This document shows, piece after piece, positions 49,201 to 61,477 of a stretch of 64,000 nucleotides of DNA (positions within the stretch are counted from its first letter, which is position 1; every line of letters starts with the position of its first letter). The stretch is from positions 186,001 to 250,000 of the forward strand of contig CBFDEM010000052.1 of NCBI GenBank assembly GCA_965603825.1. The letters run 5' to 3'. Both the position numbers and the translations under genes were made by a program. Source of the DNA: Blepharisma stoltei ATCC 30299. Its lineage: Eukaryota; Protista; Ciliophora. The notes beneath the pieces were generated by a model. It had not been told where the DNA came from. It was given only the letters and a program-made list of their open reading frames with translations, and made no database searches.

Positions 49201-50602
49201 AGAAAAACAAATTGTTTTAAAAGATGAAGAAATAAATGAAACCCCTTTACCAGAAGAAAGAAAAACTGAAAATAAACTTGAAGATGTCAATGAAGAAGAC
49301 AAAGAACAAGAGCAAGCTGAACTCATCAAAGCAAAATCATATGCGCCAGAAAGATCTTCTACCTTTAAAGAACTGAATGACTCCAGAAAAGCATCTGAAG
49401 CCCCTCCAAGGTTAGAAAAAGAAAAATCAAACTTTGGGATATCAAACGCCTCCAAATATTTTTCTAAAGCTTTAATGTCAAAAGTCCAAGTTTCTCATTC
49501 TTCTACAAAAAACAGAATTGTTTCTGAATCAGAAACAGAAGAGTCAGGGACTGAGCAAGATGAGTCTGAAGGCAGCTTAGGAACTGATACAGCACGCTTA
49601 GAAATAGTGAGCTCGAAGCCACTAAATGTTGCATATGACCGTGCTCGAGCTAGTGTTAATTATGAGCTCCAAAATTTCAATTTAGTAAGCCAAATGGCTA
49701 AGCATATTTTAGCAGGCACAGAAGAACCTGCAAAGCCACAAATTTTAGCTCAGCCAGCAGTTTCTGAATTTTTTAAAAAATTAGTCCCAAACGACACAAC
49801 ACACAAATCAAGAGGGCCAATAAAAGCAGATCCAACAAATGCACCAGAAGAGGAAGAGTTTGATGAAGAGCCTATTGATCCCTATGCCAATACCCTAGAT
49901 GTAGACGAAGAGCTTCTAAGTATGTTTACAGGGAAGACCACAAATATAAAAAAATTCGTGTTTACCCCACAAGTTCAATTTAAATTCCCACAGAAATTTG
50001 ACGCAAATCAAGAAACTGATGTAAACGATATCGAGCTGGCGAATTTTAATATAGACCAGGAAAACTTTGAAGCTTCTATGCTAAAGAAGAGGTTTTATGA
50101 GCTGTCGAAATTTTTACCGACTTATGAAGCATATGCGAAAAAGCAAAATGGTGTATTATTTTCTAGTGAAATTGAAGAACAGCACCCTGATGAAGCGCAG
50201 TTGAAGAGAATTAGGGATTTTGAAAAGAAAAGAAAAAAAGAAAGGATGCTGAGGATGAGAGGGAAAAATAAGCCTGTTGAGCTTGGAGGAAAGCCTAAAA
50301 AAACTTTTACGAACTTAGATGATAATGGGCAGCAGCACAAAAGAAAAAATGTAAAACATATTCCAAATCTTATCACAGATATTGATATCATAAAAAGTGG
50401 AGGCGCAAATGAAGTCGAAGATGAGCTGGACCGAGATGAGAGAATCTATTGCAGATTAAAAGGGAACTTTGAGCTAAATTCTTTAAAGCTTCCTCAAAAG
50501 CGCAGCTATAAAGGCTCAAAAAGTGTCAGAAGCTTAATAGCATTTTCCACCTTCCAATCAGATAGATCTTCAAAGCACTATAAAACTGGATTTATCTTAT
50601 AA
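46283..50602 (+). CDS. Large low-complexity K/E/S/P-rich protein, 1439 aa
   Basis: Single frame from ATG 46283 with four TGA=W; no folded domain recognised. Confidence 0.75.
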
Positions 50603-50711
50603 TTAATATACAATTTAATAACTCAATTATTATACAATAACCAAATAATCCCTTTAACCCGATCTGCATACTTTTAATTCCATAATTCACACCTTTCAAA
50701 TTTAATTTAAT

Positions 50712-52091
50712 ATGAAAAGAGTATCTGTAGTTGAAAGAGCCCTTGAAGACATCGGCTGGGGAAGCTACCAAAACACTCTTTTCTTTAACTGCTGCTGCGT
50801 AAACTTCATTTAGGGCTGGCTTGTAGCTACCATGTGGAACACTACAGTTGCAAATGTGATGGCTGAACTAAGCGATATCACAGTTTATGAGCATACAATC
50901 TTGGGCATCTCAACCAGCTTTGGCTCAGCTGTAGGCTCAATATTCTTTTCGGCGCTGAGTGACCGCTATGGAAGAGCTTATATTTTTAAGAAAATTATAA
51001 TAGTTACCACAATTTCAGCCTTGCTTTTGATCTGCTCAATGAATTATGTAATGGTCTTAATCGCTGTCTTTTTTATTGGTCTGGGCACTGGCGGTGATAT
51101 CATTTGTGCGCCAACTATGATTATAGAGAGTGTCCCTCCTAGCAAGAAAGGAAGAATTGCCCTTATGAATATGGGATATTGCCTTGGACCTCTATTAACT
51201 CAATTGGTTTCCATTCTTTTGACGCTATACTGGGATGAATCAATCATGGAGAGGTGGAGAATTATGGCAATTATTATTTTTATCATTACTCTTATAGTCT
51301 TAGTCATCAGACAATTTATCCTTGAAAGCCCAATTTTCTTATACGGAAACAGGAACACAGAGTTTGTTTCAGTCATGGTCGGAATCGCCAAAGAAAACAA
51401 AAGGTTCAGCTTTGCTATCCGTGCCCCTCTACTTGTGTCAGAAAACGACGAAGAGCAATACAAAGTAGTCCCTCATCTGCCGTTTGGAAACATATTTAAA
51501 TCTCCTTATACTCGAGCTACAATATTCCTGACAATTTCAATCAGCCTTTTCAATTTTTGCTATAATGGAATCTTGCTTTTCTTGCCTAAGTTTTTGCAAG
51601 TTGATGATATGGGAGAAAGATACATGGTTTTAGGAATTCAACAAGTCAGTGGGATTTGTGGATTAGTAGTTGCTATGTATATGGTTGATAGCAAACTTGG
51701 GAGAAGATGGACGCTAGCTTTAGGGTTCATTGTGTCTGGAATTCTCCTGCTGATTTTTATGCTTTCTACGAACTTCCAGTTTGTAAGGGCTATTTAGGTT
51801 GTTTTATTGGGAGCTGCATATTATTTTGCAATGCTTATAGGGATTGCAGGGAAAAACCTAATTGGGCCTGAAAGTTATGGGCCGCAGGTTAGAGGAGCTG
51901 GGCTTGGATTTGTGTATACAGTTGCAAGAGTTGCAGCAGTTATTTCACCTGCAATTGCAGGGTATTTAATGGATATTTCTAACAACAACCATTTGCTACC
52001 GTTATCAGTTTATGCAGTAGCAATGATTTTATGTGGAATAGCTGGCGCGTTTTTGAAAGATACAAAGCCAATTCTAAATAAAACAACCTAA
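50712..52091 (+). CDS. MFS transporter (SV2/SVOP-like); 2 introns
   Basis: ALEDIGWGSYQ, LSDRYGR, ESVP...KGR, ILESP, VDSKLGRR, PESYGPQVRG. Confidence 0.9.
50799..50813 (+). other. 15-nt intron
   Basis: gtaaacttcatttag, phase 0. Confidence 0.88.
51783..51797 (+). other. 15-nt intron
   Basis: gtaagggctatttag, phase 0. Confidence 0.88.
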
Positions 52092-52224
52092 ATAAAGCTT
52101 AATCATAATTTTTATTTTGAATTAATATGGCTGATATTGGTGATGAGATTACTTCAGTAATTGAGCTAATTATTAACTTTAATGGAATATAAATTATAAT
52201 TATAAAAGATTGGCTTATTGCCGT

Positions 52225-55200
52225 CTACGCATTGAACTTAGGAACCAATGATGGCAAAATTTGTGCACTTTTCATAATTTTTAACTCTTTACACAAAAAT
52301 GGCAAATAATATAGCAGAAATAGAAGAGCAAGACCAATGGAAAACGCAATAGTTCAATATATGATTGTATTCAATCTAGCAGTTATTCTATCTTTTGAGT
52401 CTCGATCTGCAAGGTTGTAATCCGTAGCCATTCCAGACTGTAAATTTGTTAAATTCAAAAAAAATGTATATAAATCGGAATTTCCTTTCTTTCCTGGAGA
52501 GCTTATATAATATGAATCAAAAAGTATAAGATTAGCTGCAGGAATATTCCCAAAGTATTCAAGCCGATCTATTGTATCATAATGCTCAAAAAGCCTTGAC
52601 TTTAATTCCCCTGACAAAGTATTAAAAATCTCTGTTTCCCATAGATTTTTATATTTTGCTTTATATTCACCTATTAAATTCAAATATTCTTTTTTCGGGT
52701 TCGGAATATCATAATAGTCAGGAAAAAAGATCTGCATTATGCTTCCACTGCTTTCTCTAGCGTAATATCCAACCTTAGCTAGCATTGCTCTTCTAACAAT
52801 AAAATTCTCCAAAATTTTGGGTCTTTCTTTTAGCGAGGTTTGACATTTATCGTATAAATAAAATTCAGTTAAGAAATAATAAGTTAAGCAGACAACTACA
52901 AAAAAGCAAAGCCTCCGCCCAAATATTAATACAATTTTGGTATCTACATCAAAAGTTTTGGAGTCTTTAAGTTTTATAAATTTTTTAGATTCCTCAGTCA
53001 TTTCTGCACCATGAACTTGCAGCAGTCTATCTATTACCGCTTGTTTAAGCTGTATATAAGCAATATGAATAGACTTTTTTACTTGTCTTCAAAAGAGATC
53101 ATATTTGCGCTTCACAAGATATGTAAAGAATATTAATATCACAACACACATGGCAAGCACAATAATTCCACATATTAAAAAGTATTGTATACTTTCTCCT
53201 GAAACCACAATTCTATTTCTTTCACATTCTACTAGCTGTTCTAGAGCATGATTTAAATAATCATATGTAAAAGTCAGACTGTTTAATCACAGAAATCTAT
53301 AGTCCAGCATATTATAATTTGTGGATTCAGTCAATGTATCAATCATTCTGTACCCCTAAATAGCTCGTACATGTTTTTTAAATAAATCCAGAGTTCGCAT
53401 AAGGTCATGCTTTTGCAATACAGGGAGATCATCAAATCGCCACACAGGGATAATCTGCTTTGTCACAATCCATGAAGCGTCACAATAGGTCCAAGTGTTG
53501 AGATCTTGCATCAAAGTGTCTTGCATTGAGTCAAGTCCATTGATTGTGTTATTTAAATTGATAATGTCTGCTGTTAAGTTATAAGAGCCTGGTACAGCGA
53601 TTTCTACAAATAAATTCCTCATAAGATCAGGGAGTCCTCCCACCAAGTACATCATATTACTGAGATGAGTAAAAACTTTCATAGTATTTGTGTTTGAGGC
53701 GAACTTATAAATAAGTGCTAGAATCCCAGCATTTAAAGCAATCATAACTAAAGTCTGTATAAGGATTACAGAAATTAATAGAACATATATATACACTTTA
53801 ATTGACCTTTCTGTTTTCTGTAGATGATCTATGGCCAATCCTAAATTAGTTTTACGGTTTATGCCAATTGCTTGGCTATTACTTTGTACAACAGAAAGCG
53901 ATTTTATATCAGCTTCTTCCTCTTCTTCTTCGTCACTTTTTTCTTTTGAAGCTAGCAGAAGTTGTGCGTCCTCACGGAATTTCTCAATAGAAGCAATATA
54001 ATTTGTGGCAAATCTTGTTCTTATTCTTTCAAAATTTACACTAGAAATGGTTGATTCGTCGTTAATCATTTCTGCTTTCCATTTAACATTGGCAGTTCCT
54101 CCAAAATACTCAACTTGTTCTTCAGCTTGTCCTTCTCTCCATTTTTTTATTTCTTTTTTATCATTGATTACTAGCAGCAAATGAATTGTAGTACTTTTTA
54201 CTTTTTTTATTGAGTGGATTATTCCTAATAACTTTCCTCGGAATTTCAAAAATTGTGGTTCAAATGGAGGCATATCTTTAACAACAAGACTTGGGAAATA
54301 CTTCATTATATTAGACCCTCTTAAGTTTTGCTCTTCTATAGATAATACATGAGGAATTAGCGCTGAAAAACTGTAAATATCTCCTTCTTCAGAAACTAAA
54401 ATTATTTGCCTTAGTTTATTACCAGGCCGAAGAGTTGCGATTATGTAAGGATTAGAATTAAAATTTGTAAACTTGAAAAGAATATTGCATTCAAAGAGAT
54501 GGCCTTCTTGGTCTTGGAGAAAAAAATCTTTAGGCTTATCTAATATAGTGTTTGTGCAGTTCATATAAAGTTTTCTCATATTTTCATTATGGTCATTGCA
54601 ATAAGGCTTTGGGATAAAACTCGAAAAATTTATCCCTATTGCATCAGACTTTTGGGTTTTCAAATTTTGTGCTGCTTTTGAGTTAATATAAGAAATGACT
54701 CCAAACGAGTCAAAACTTGCTGAAATTAATATGATTGATAGAGTTTCATCATAATCCTCTAGCTTTTTTTGGTAGCCAATCATCATATCTAAAGATCCAA
54801 TTTTCACTTTTTTCTTCAACACAATTTCCCCTCCTTCATAGTCACCTAAAATATTTTCTAAAAAAGTCCCATATAAATCAAAAACATCAGAACGTTTATT
54901 TTTGGAAGCCAAGGACTCATATGAAGATTTCAACGTTTTTGTGAGGTCATTCACTTTTATGAACATGTTTGTTAATTTTGATATTCTAGGAGATCGAGAA
55001 GCAATCTCATTTCATAGGTCTAAAAGGATATAGCACATTTCTTCGTCTTTATCTTTGGTACTTTCAAGGCTAGATAAATAGTCGAGATACTCAACTTCAG
55101 GGAGATCAGATTTTTTTTTGTCTAATTTTTGGTAAATTTTGTCTTCTTGAATATCTCCTTCTAGGCACGGCTTTGTAAAAGCAGATTTTGTGAGCTTAAC

Positions 55201-56544
55201 TCGAGCCAATCTTGGATCTTTCAATATAAATAAACAGTAATTAGCTTCTCATATTGATAATAATTTATTTTTTCTGAATGACCTTGGCTTATAGCACTCA
55301 GAAAATAAATTTAGAACTTTATCCTTATTTTCTGTGTTTTCAGAAACAAGCAAATGCCTAATGGACTGTTCAAACTCCATTTGAGAGAGAAAAAAAAATT
55401 TCCTTGGTGATAATAAATCACATCTCCTATAAAGTTTCATAGAAATGGCAGCCATCGCTAATGGAGTGATAACAATAGATAGTATTGATACTACAAGTGA
55501 ATTATCCATTGCATAGCCTAATAAGAAAACTATGAGGACTATACTTTTGCATGAGATTCTGCATATTTTAATTATATTCTCGTATGAACTATAATAAGGG
55601 ACTGCATTTATCCATCTATAGCAAATAGCTATTGTTATGAAAAGAAATATCAACTGATAGTAAATTACATACTGCTCATCAAGAAAAACGTAAAACAAGA
55701 CTTGGATAGTAGAAAGAGTAATTAAAGTCAAATCCAGATTTGAATTTGGCTTTGCCATAATATTTTTTCCTACAACAGAATGACGAATATCAGTTCCAAA
55801 TAGCTCAACAAGGTAAGCTAAAATAATCAAGAGAACTAACGTTAGAAAGCTGAATATAGACCCAGCTACTCCGAGATCAAGCTTATGCAGATCATAGTTT
55901 TCATATTCTTGAACTTTTGAGGCATTAAAAGTTGAGTATTTAAAGACAACACAGCAAAGAATTTGTATTGGAATGCAGCCTAAATTAGTTATTCCTATCA
56001 CTCCTTTACGAACTATTACATTTAAAAAGCCTAATGACTTCTTGCTGTGTCAGTAAATAATGCTAGTTAATACTATAAATATCACACAAGATCCCACAAT
56101 TGAGGATGCACCAATAAAGCAATATTCAATCATACCAAAATAGTCACAAAATGCATCTATCCTTACATAACGTAAAATTTTTCATAGCGTAGCTCATGAG
56201 CTTCAGTTGGTGATAGGCATGGTTGGGTATCAAAAAATTGATATCATTTGCATTGTAACCACAGAATTGAGTACTATTTCAGATATCATTTGGCCTTTTA
56301 AATTTAATCTGGAGGAGTATTTTCGTCCGAATGATTTTGAAAAAAAAGTAATTAATTGTGTCTTTATATCATATAGGCAAGCAAATTTCTCTGCTATCTC
56401 AGTTTTTTTGTGGCTTTTTAGTAAAGAGATTTGGTTTCGAGACATCTTTATGATTATTAAAGTTTTACATATAGTCAGTGCAGTAGAATCGCTTCCCTTT
56501 ATCTTAGTGGTAATTATTGAAATAAACTTCATTTTAAGAATCAT
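52225..56544 (-). CDS. Large multi-pass membrane protein with central PAS domain (TmcB/TmcC-like), about 1430 aa; at least 1 intron
   Basis: Five track ORFs share one frame via many TGA=W and one intron. N-terminal TM bundle, LYGTFLENIL, PAS motif GVISYINSKA...AIGINFSSFIPKPYCNDH, C-terminal TMs. Confidence 0.8.
53356..53370 (-). other. 15-nt intron
   Basis: gtacgagctatttag, phase 0. Confidence 0.85.
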
Positions 56545-57562
56545 TATCTTGCAATCATCACTTTTAAGGCTTATTAATTAAAAAGATGAATTTTAATAAA
56601 ATGTAAAATTTATTTTTAATTTTAATTTTATGGAAATGAGTAAGCAGCTAAATACATTCAGAAAAACCATTTTAATTATATTTTGTTGTATAATATCAAT
56701 AGTTTTTAAGAATAATTTTGAAATTTTTCTTAAGTATACTTCTACATAGTTTTAAAACATTCAAAAGCACTTTTTTTTCTTAGTTTTTTATATCATTCCC
56801 ATTTTAAGTAAAATCATTCATGGCCATATCCCTAAAATCAATTTCCCAGTTTATAGCAATAGGATATTGTGATTTTTTATCTTTCATTTTTGCTAGGATT
56901 AATTTTTTTATTTAGGAGCCATAACTAAAGATAATGATGAGCATAAAATAATAAGTATTCAGCTATTTAAAAATATCACGGAAACTTATTAACAAAAATT
57001 AAAATTTAGTCCATCATAGCGATGGAGACTATTATTCACGCGGCAAGTTGAAATCAGAAAAGTTTTAATAATCATATTTTTAAAATAATATAAATTGTAA
57101 TTATCTAGATATTGCACAATGAGTTGATTAGAAATTATTATGCTGGGCTGAAGTTAATTTGAAAATTTATAGCATTTACATGCTAATTATTGCTCTTACA
57201 AGATTAATGAGTAGCATCAAACTACTTTTTTGCATATTCTGCAAAATTAGGCCACAACAAAAAATTCTCGCTTGTGGAGTCTGATATCTGTTAATCAATA
57301 TTTAAAATTTTATTCAATACATAGGGTTCGGACTCACTCGTTGCAAAATATTCAAAGAAGAATATTTGAAAAATTTTCTATCTAAATCAATACTGAATGA
57401 ATTAAGAATTTCCAAACTTATAATTTATATTAAATAATTATGATGAATATATCAGAGCAAATAATTTTATGGATTTTAAAATCCAGGGTCTTATTTTTCA
57501 ATAGAAATTCATATTAATGTGAGAAAACTACTAAAGATTAATAAATTTCCTTAGTAAGGAAT

Positions 57563-57856
57563 TTATTTAGCTTTCTTTATTCTTGTTTGTTCTCCAGCAT
57601 CTAAGATAATGGCTTCTTTGACTCTTTGCTCACCTTCTTTTATAATTTCTTCTTCAGTGAGTCTTTGAAATCTCTTATCGTTGGTTTCTTTCTGGTTCAT
57701 ATAGTTAAAAGGAGTATTCTTGTAGATAAGATTCTTGGAGTTTGTAGGCATTTCTTTAGATCGTGGCTCTAAGTAATAAATTTGAGCAAGCTTCACCAGA
57801 GAGAATCCAAGTACACCTAGCAGGAGGAATCTATAGGTTTGCAGTGGGCTAACCAT
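57563..57856 (-). CDS. Small protein with N-terminal TM helix (97 aa)
   Basis: MVSPLQTYRFLLLGVLGFSLVKLAQIYY...; ends TAA. Confidence 0.6.
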   Translation of the reverse strand: MVSPLQTYRFLLLGVLGFSLVKLAQIYYLEPRSKEMPTNSKNLIYKNTPFNYMNQKETNDKRFQRLTEEEIIKEGEQRVKEAIILDAGEQTRIKKAK

Positions 57857-57981
57857 AATTATTTTAATTGGGATAAACAATCAAGTAATAAAGTAATTAT
57901 AAAGGCACTAAAAAATTATCAAAGATTAGGCTACTCGCTAGTCAAGAATGAATGGCTCACAAATTAATTTAATGTATAAAT

Positions 57982-59067
57982 TTACAATAGCGCACTAGGT
58001 CTTCTCTGCTTATTAGGACTATTAAATGCAGAGCTGCTCGATTGAGAGCGCATAGGAGATCTCTTTGGAGAATTTGGGCAGCTTTTGAAATCAGACTGAT
58101 AGTCAAAAAAATGTGAGCTTGAATGATGGTTCAATTCCAGCGATTTTTCTGTCATCATATTCAAGCCATTTCTGCTTGTATTTCTAATCATAAATGCAGG
58201 AAAATGAGGATCATTTGGTCTTGATAAATTTTTGCCTATATCTACAACAGGCACATCTTTATCGACTTGTGTAAAGTTTAATTTATAATAATTCGAGTCC
58301 ACCCAACAAGGGTTTGATAATGTTTTTCTTTCAGGAGACTTCGAGAAATTCAGAATTGGTTTAGTCGTATCAACTCACACACTGGAGTGCTTTGGGGAAT
58401 AAATAGCTGAATTCAGAACTTCTCGTATCAAATATCTATGACCAGATTGCAAGTTAAAATTCGGCGTAGAAACTCTTCTTGTTTTGGTGTGTATTAGTGG
58501 TTTGTCATTAAAAGACTCGAATCTTTTTTCGTTTACATCAAAAACATTAATCCCTTGTCTTTTTAGCTGCTTTCCAAAACTAATAGGTCCAGCAGTTTTT
58601 GGGCCTGGCTTGTCAACAACTCTGAAATCAATATCAATTTTTTCTTTTTGGACTCTTGGCTTAGATTTCGGCTCTTCTGGTATTGAAGCTTCTAAGCTTC
58701 TTTGTCTTGTCATATCAAAACACAAATTATAATACCCAGCATGCGGGACATGATCTTTATTGCTCTAAATTACGTTTACAACGGAATGATAATACTCATC
58801 TCTCCCTTGTGCTTTAAAAGCACTAGAAAGTCTTTTTACAGTTTTTTGTTTATTTTTAGGAGTGATTTTTTCTATTTCTTTTAAAAGCTCTACAACTTGT
58901 TCAGGCTTTGCAACCTCTTGAGGAGAATTGTCAGTTTTTCTAGTAGGAAGCTTTGGCTTGCGTCCAAAAAAAATTTCTTTTCGGTGGGCTTTTACATTGG
59001 TGAATTTTTCGTCGAGAGTTTTTCCAAATCTGCTGTAAACTTTAGTGTAACTTTGAGATCTATTCAT
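57982..59067 (-). CDS. Basic, disordered hypothetical protein (possibly ciliary); 1 intron
   Basis: Three track ORFs joined by the intron at 58765-58779 and TGA=W at 58375. VPHAGYYN resembles a PGP/SHIPPO-type unit. Confidence 0.65.
58765..58779 (-). other. 15-nt intron
   Basis: gtaaacgtaatttag, phase 0. Confidence 0.82.
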
Positions 59068-59081
59068 TTATTATATTATGA

Positions 59082-60416
59082 TTATTTACCTTTTCTTCTT
59101 TTGGTGACTTCGTCTTCTTCAAGATATGGAGGCAAATACTCTTTTGTGGCTATTTCTTGGACGTGGGTGACTGCAGGTCTTCCGCGCTTGACGGGAAGCT
59201 CACTTCTCCAGCCTGCAAAATCGAGCCCTCTTCCTCTGTGTAAGTAAAACCATAGCTTGCGCTCTGGATCATATTTAACACAAGGATCTTTTTCGTAGTG
59301 TAGCCTGTCAAGTGCTCCACTTACCAAGTTAGAAATCTGAGTGTCAGAAGCATTTTCTACGATAAACTGGCTGTCTCTTACAAGCGCACAGATATCAGCT
59401 CTGGTGCCTACCCCATCTTGCAATCTTGCTGCAGCATCTCTTGTAATAGAAAGCAGTGTCAAATAAGCTGGTCTATCTGGCTTCAGACATTGATGGTCTC
59501 TTGGCTTTATATTAGTTGACGTCAATTTTTTGCACACAGGAGCTACAATTGCAATTGTCCCATCTTCCAATTGGTAAGCCCATGGGAGAGTTGGGTTATT
59601 ATATCTATCAGTTTCTTGCTTTCTATACTTTTCAACCCATTCTAGCGAAGACATCCTAATAGTGAGCTGATTTTTGTGTATATTTAAATCTTTAAATCTT
59701 GATGAGTACTTAACCCAGTCTAAGTTCCCCACTTTTTTAAGCTCATTTTCTTTTTCTTCGTCCTCCCCTTTTCTCGGCTTCTCTGCAATCTCATATAAAG
59801 CTTCTTCTTCCTCATCAATAATGGTTGAGTCTCCACTTGTGCATTCATCAAAGTCATGGCTAAATACACTTTCATCACTAGAACTGTCTGATTCAAACTC
59901 ATGATAAGCCAATTTTCTTCTGATCCAGACACTTTTTGCAGCTTCATATGATAGTGATTTTAATTTTTCAGGGAGTTCGGTCTTTAATTTGGTTGTGTAC
60001 TGGTATAAATCGTCGTCAAATAATGCTTTTGCATGCCTAGATACTCGTTTATGGGCTGAAGTATAGTGTCCTTTGCAGATTTTTTCACTGAATTCTTGAA
60101 TAGGATTGAACATATGGAAGATTTGGTGGGTGAATAATTCTTCAAGGGTTTGATTTACTTTGGATGACGGAAGAAGCGAAATGAGCTCAGAACGATCTTT
60201 GTCAGTGATTAAGTCACTCCAGACGTCAACTGTAAAAACATCGAGTAAATCTACTTGCTCAATTAATTTAGGCAGTCGGAGCTTTTTGCCTTGGATTAGG
60301 TAGGTCTTTGAAATTTCGTCTTCTTCGTCTGAAGACTCAGAGCTTTCAGTGACTGCTTCGATTTGAAGATCAAGATCAGCTTCAGATTCAGACACTATAT
60401 CTGTCCAATCCTCCAT
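59082..60416 (-). CDS. NFRKB: NFRKB/INO80G homologue (DEUBAD + winged helix)
   Basis: YRKQETDRY..P, LKPDRPAYLTLLSITRDAAARLQDGVGTRADIC, VSGALDRLHYEKDPCVKYD..RKLWFYLHR. N-terminal DEUBAD-like VW...L..LLP. Confidence 0.9.
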   Translation of the reverse strand: MEDWTDIVSESEADLDLQIEAVTESSESSDEEDEISKTYLIQGKKLRLPKLIEQVDLLDVFTVDVWSDLITDKDRSELISLLPSSKVNQTLEELFTHQIFHMFNPIQEFSEKICKGHYTSAHKRVSRHAKALFDDDLYQYTTKLKTELPEKLKSLSYEAAKSVWIRRKLAYHEFESDSSSDESVFSHDFDECTSGDSTIIDEEEEALYEIAEKPRKGEDEEKENELKKVGNLDWVKYSSRFKDLNIHKNQLTIRMSSLEWVEKYRKQETDRYNNPTLPWAYQLEDGTIAIVAPVCKKLTSTNIKPRDHQCLKPDRPAYLTLLSITRDAAARLQDGVGTRADICALVRDSQFIVENASDTQISNLVSGALDRLHYEKDPCVKYDPERKLWFYLHRGRGLDFAGWRSELPVKRGRPAVTHVQEIATKEYLPPYLEEDEVTKRRKGK

Positions 60417-60489
60417 TTAGAGTTATTTATAACACTTAATATTGAAAACATAGTAATTAATCAAAGTGTTGAGCCTCAGGGCTTTATAT

Positions 60490-61140
60490 TTATGATGAAT
60501 AAGGAGTGATTTCATCGTCTGAAGAAGTATTGGTAAACATGGGGATTTTTATTTCAATTCTTAGTTTTTCGTGATTATTTCTTTTAATTGGTCTCGGGTC
60601 AGATTTTCTTTCTTTTATATCAGTGTCTTCGATATTTTCTGATTTTTCCTTCGTAATTGAAAATGGATTAGTATAGGGCTTTGATAAAATTCTGGCAGTT
60701 TTAGGCCTCTGTGGTGCTTGAATTGCATCTGTTTTAGGTCTAGATGTATTTGGCCTATCTTTTATATATGAAATAAAATCTTCTTTTGAGTTTCTGGGAG
60801 TTTTTGGGAGGCAATCTGTTTTGAGAGGTTTCAAATTCGGAAAAGATTTTGGTATTATTCCATGAGGGTTGATATATTTATAATTTAGACTAGAAATTCT
60901 TTCGCTAGTAGGAATTGATGGTCTTTTTTGGAGTAAATTCAGCATAAACTCGCTTGAGCAGTAGATTAGTTGTTTTTTCTGAAAATTTTCATTGAAGTGC
61001 TTATAAGACTTTATAGTTTGGGGAACATTCAAGCTTTTCTTGGAAAAATTCTTTCTCAAAGGAGAAACGTTTTTTGCTCTAAGTTCATCAAGCCCATCAA
61101 AGGTAAATGATTTTATATGAACAGTGCGCATACTAGACAT
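60490..61140 (-). CDS. Basic hypothetical protein (216 aa)
   Basis: Intact ATG-TAA ORF with RPNTS/RPKT motifs. Confidence 0.6.
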   Translation of the reverse strand: MSSMRTVHIKSFTFDGLDELRAKNVSPLRKNFSKKSLNVPQTIKSYKHFNENFQKKQLIYCSSEFMLNLLQKRPSIPTSERISSLNYKYINPHGIIPKSFPNLKPLKTDCLPKTPRNSKEDFISYIKDRPNTSRPKTDAIQAPQRPKTARILSKPYTNPFSITKEKSENIEDTDIKERKSDPRPIKRNNHEKLRIEIKIPMFTNTSSDDEITPYSS

Positions 61141-61477
61141 TGTTTTTACATTAAAATAGTGAAAAAATAAAAAAGCGCATATATAAGTTTATATTGCAAA
61201 CTTGATATACTTGCCCAAAATGCTCTCTTAATTCCATTTCAATAGCATTAATTGAATTAACTATAAAGGATTTGTTAATGTTTACTAAAACTTACGCATT
61301 TATCTGCCAATACAGTGAAAACGTTCTTCCCACATACTATATATTTGGATAATATTGTATCTGATTTATTAAAAGATACTGAATTTAATTCTACAACATA
61401 AGCTTATAACTAGCAAGTTTATATGAAATATAGACACTGAATAATCAAAATCCTAATCAATTTCTATCTATTCAGTA

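Noticed and set aside
57000-57370. Short hairpins and a gggttcgg T-loop-like motif in the 1-kb spacer
   Set aside because: Stems are 7 bp or shorter and no tRNA cloverleaf can be built; consistent with chance in AT-rich DNA.
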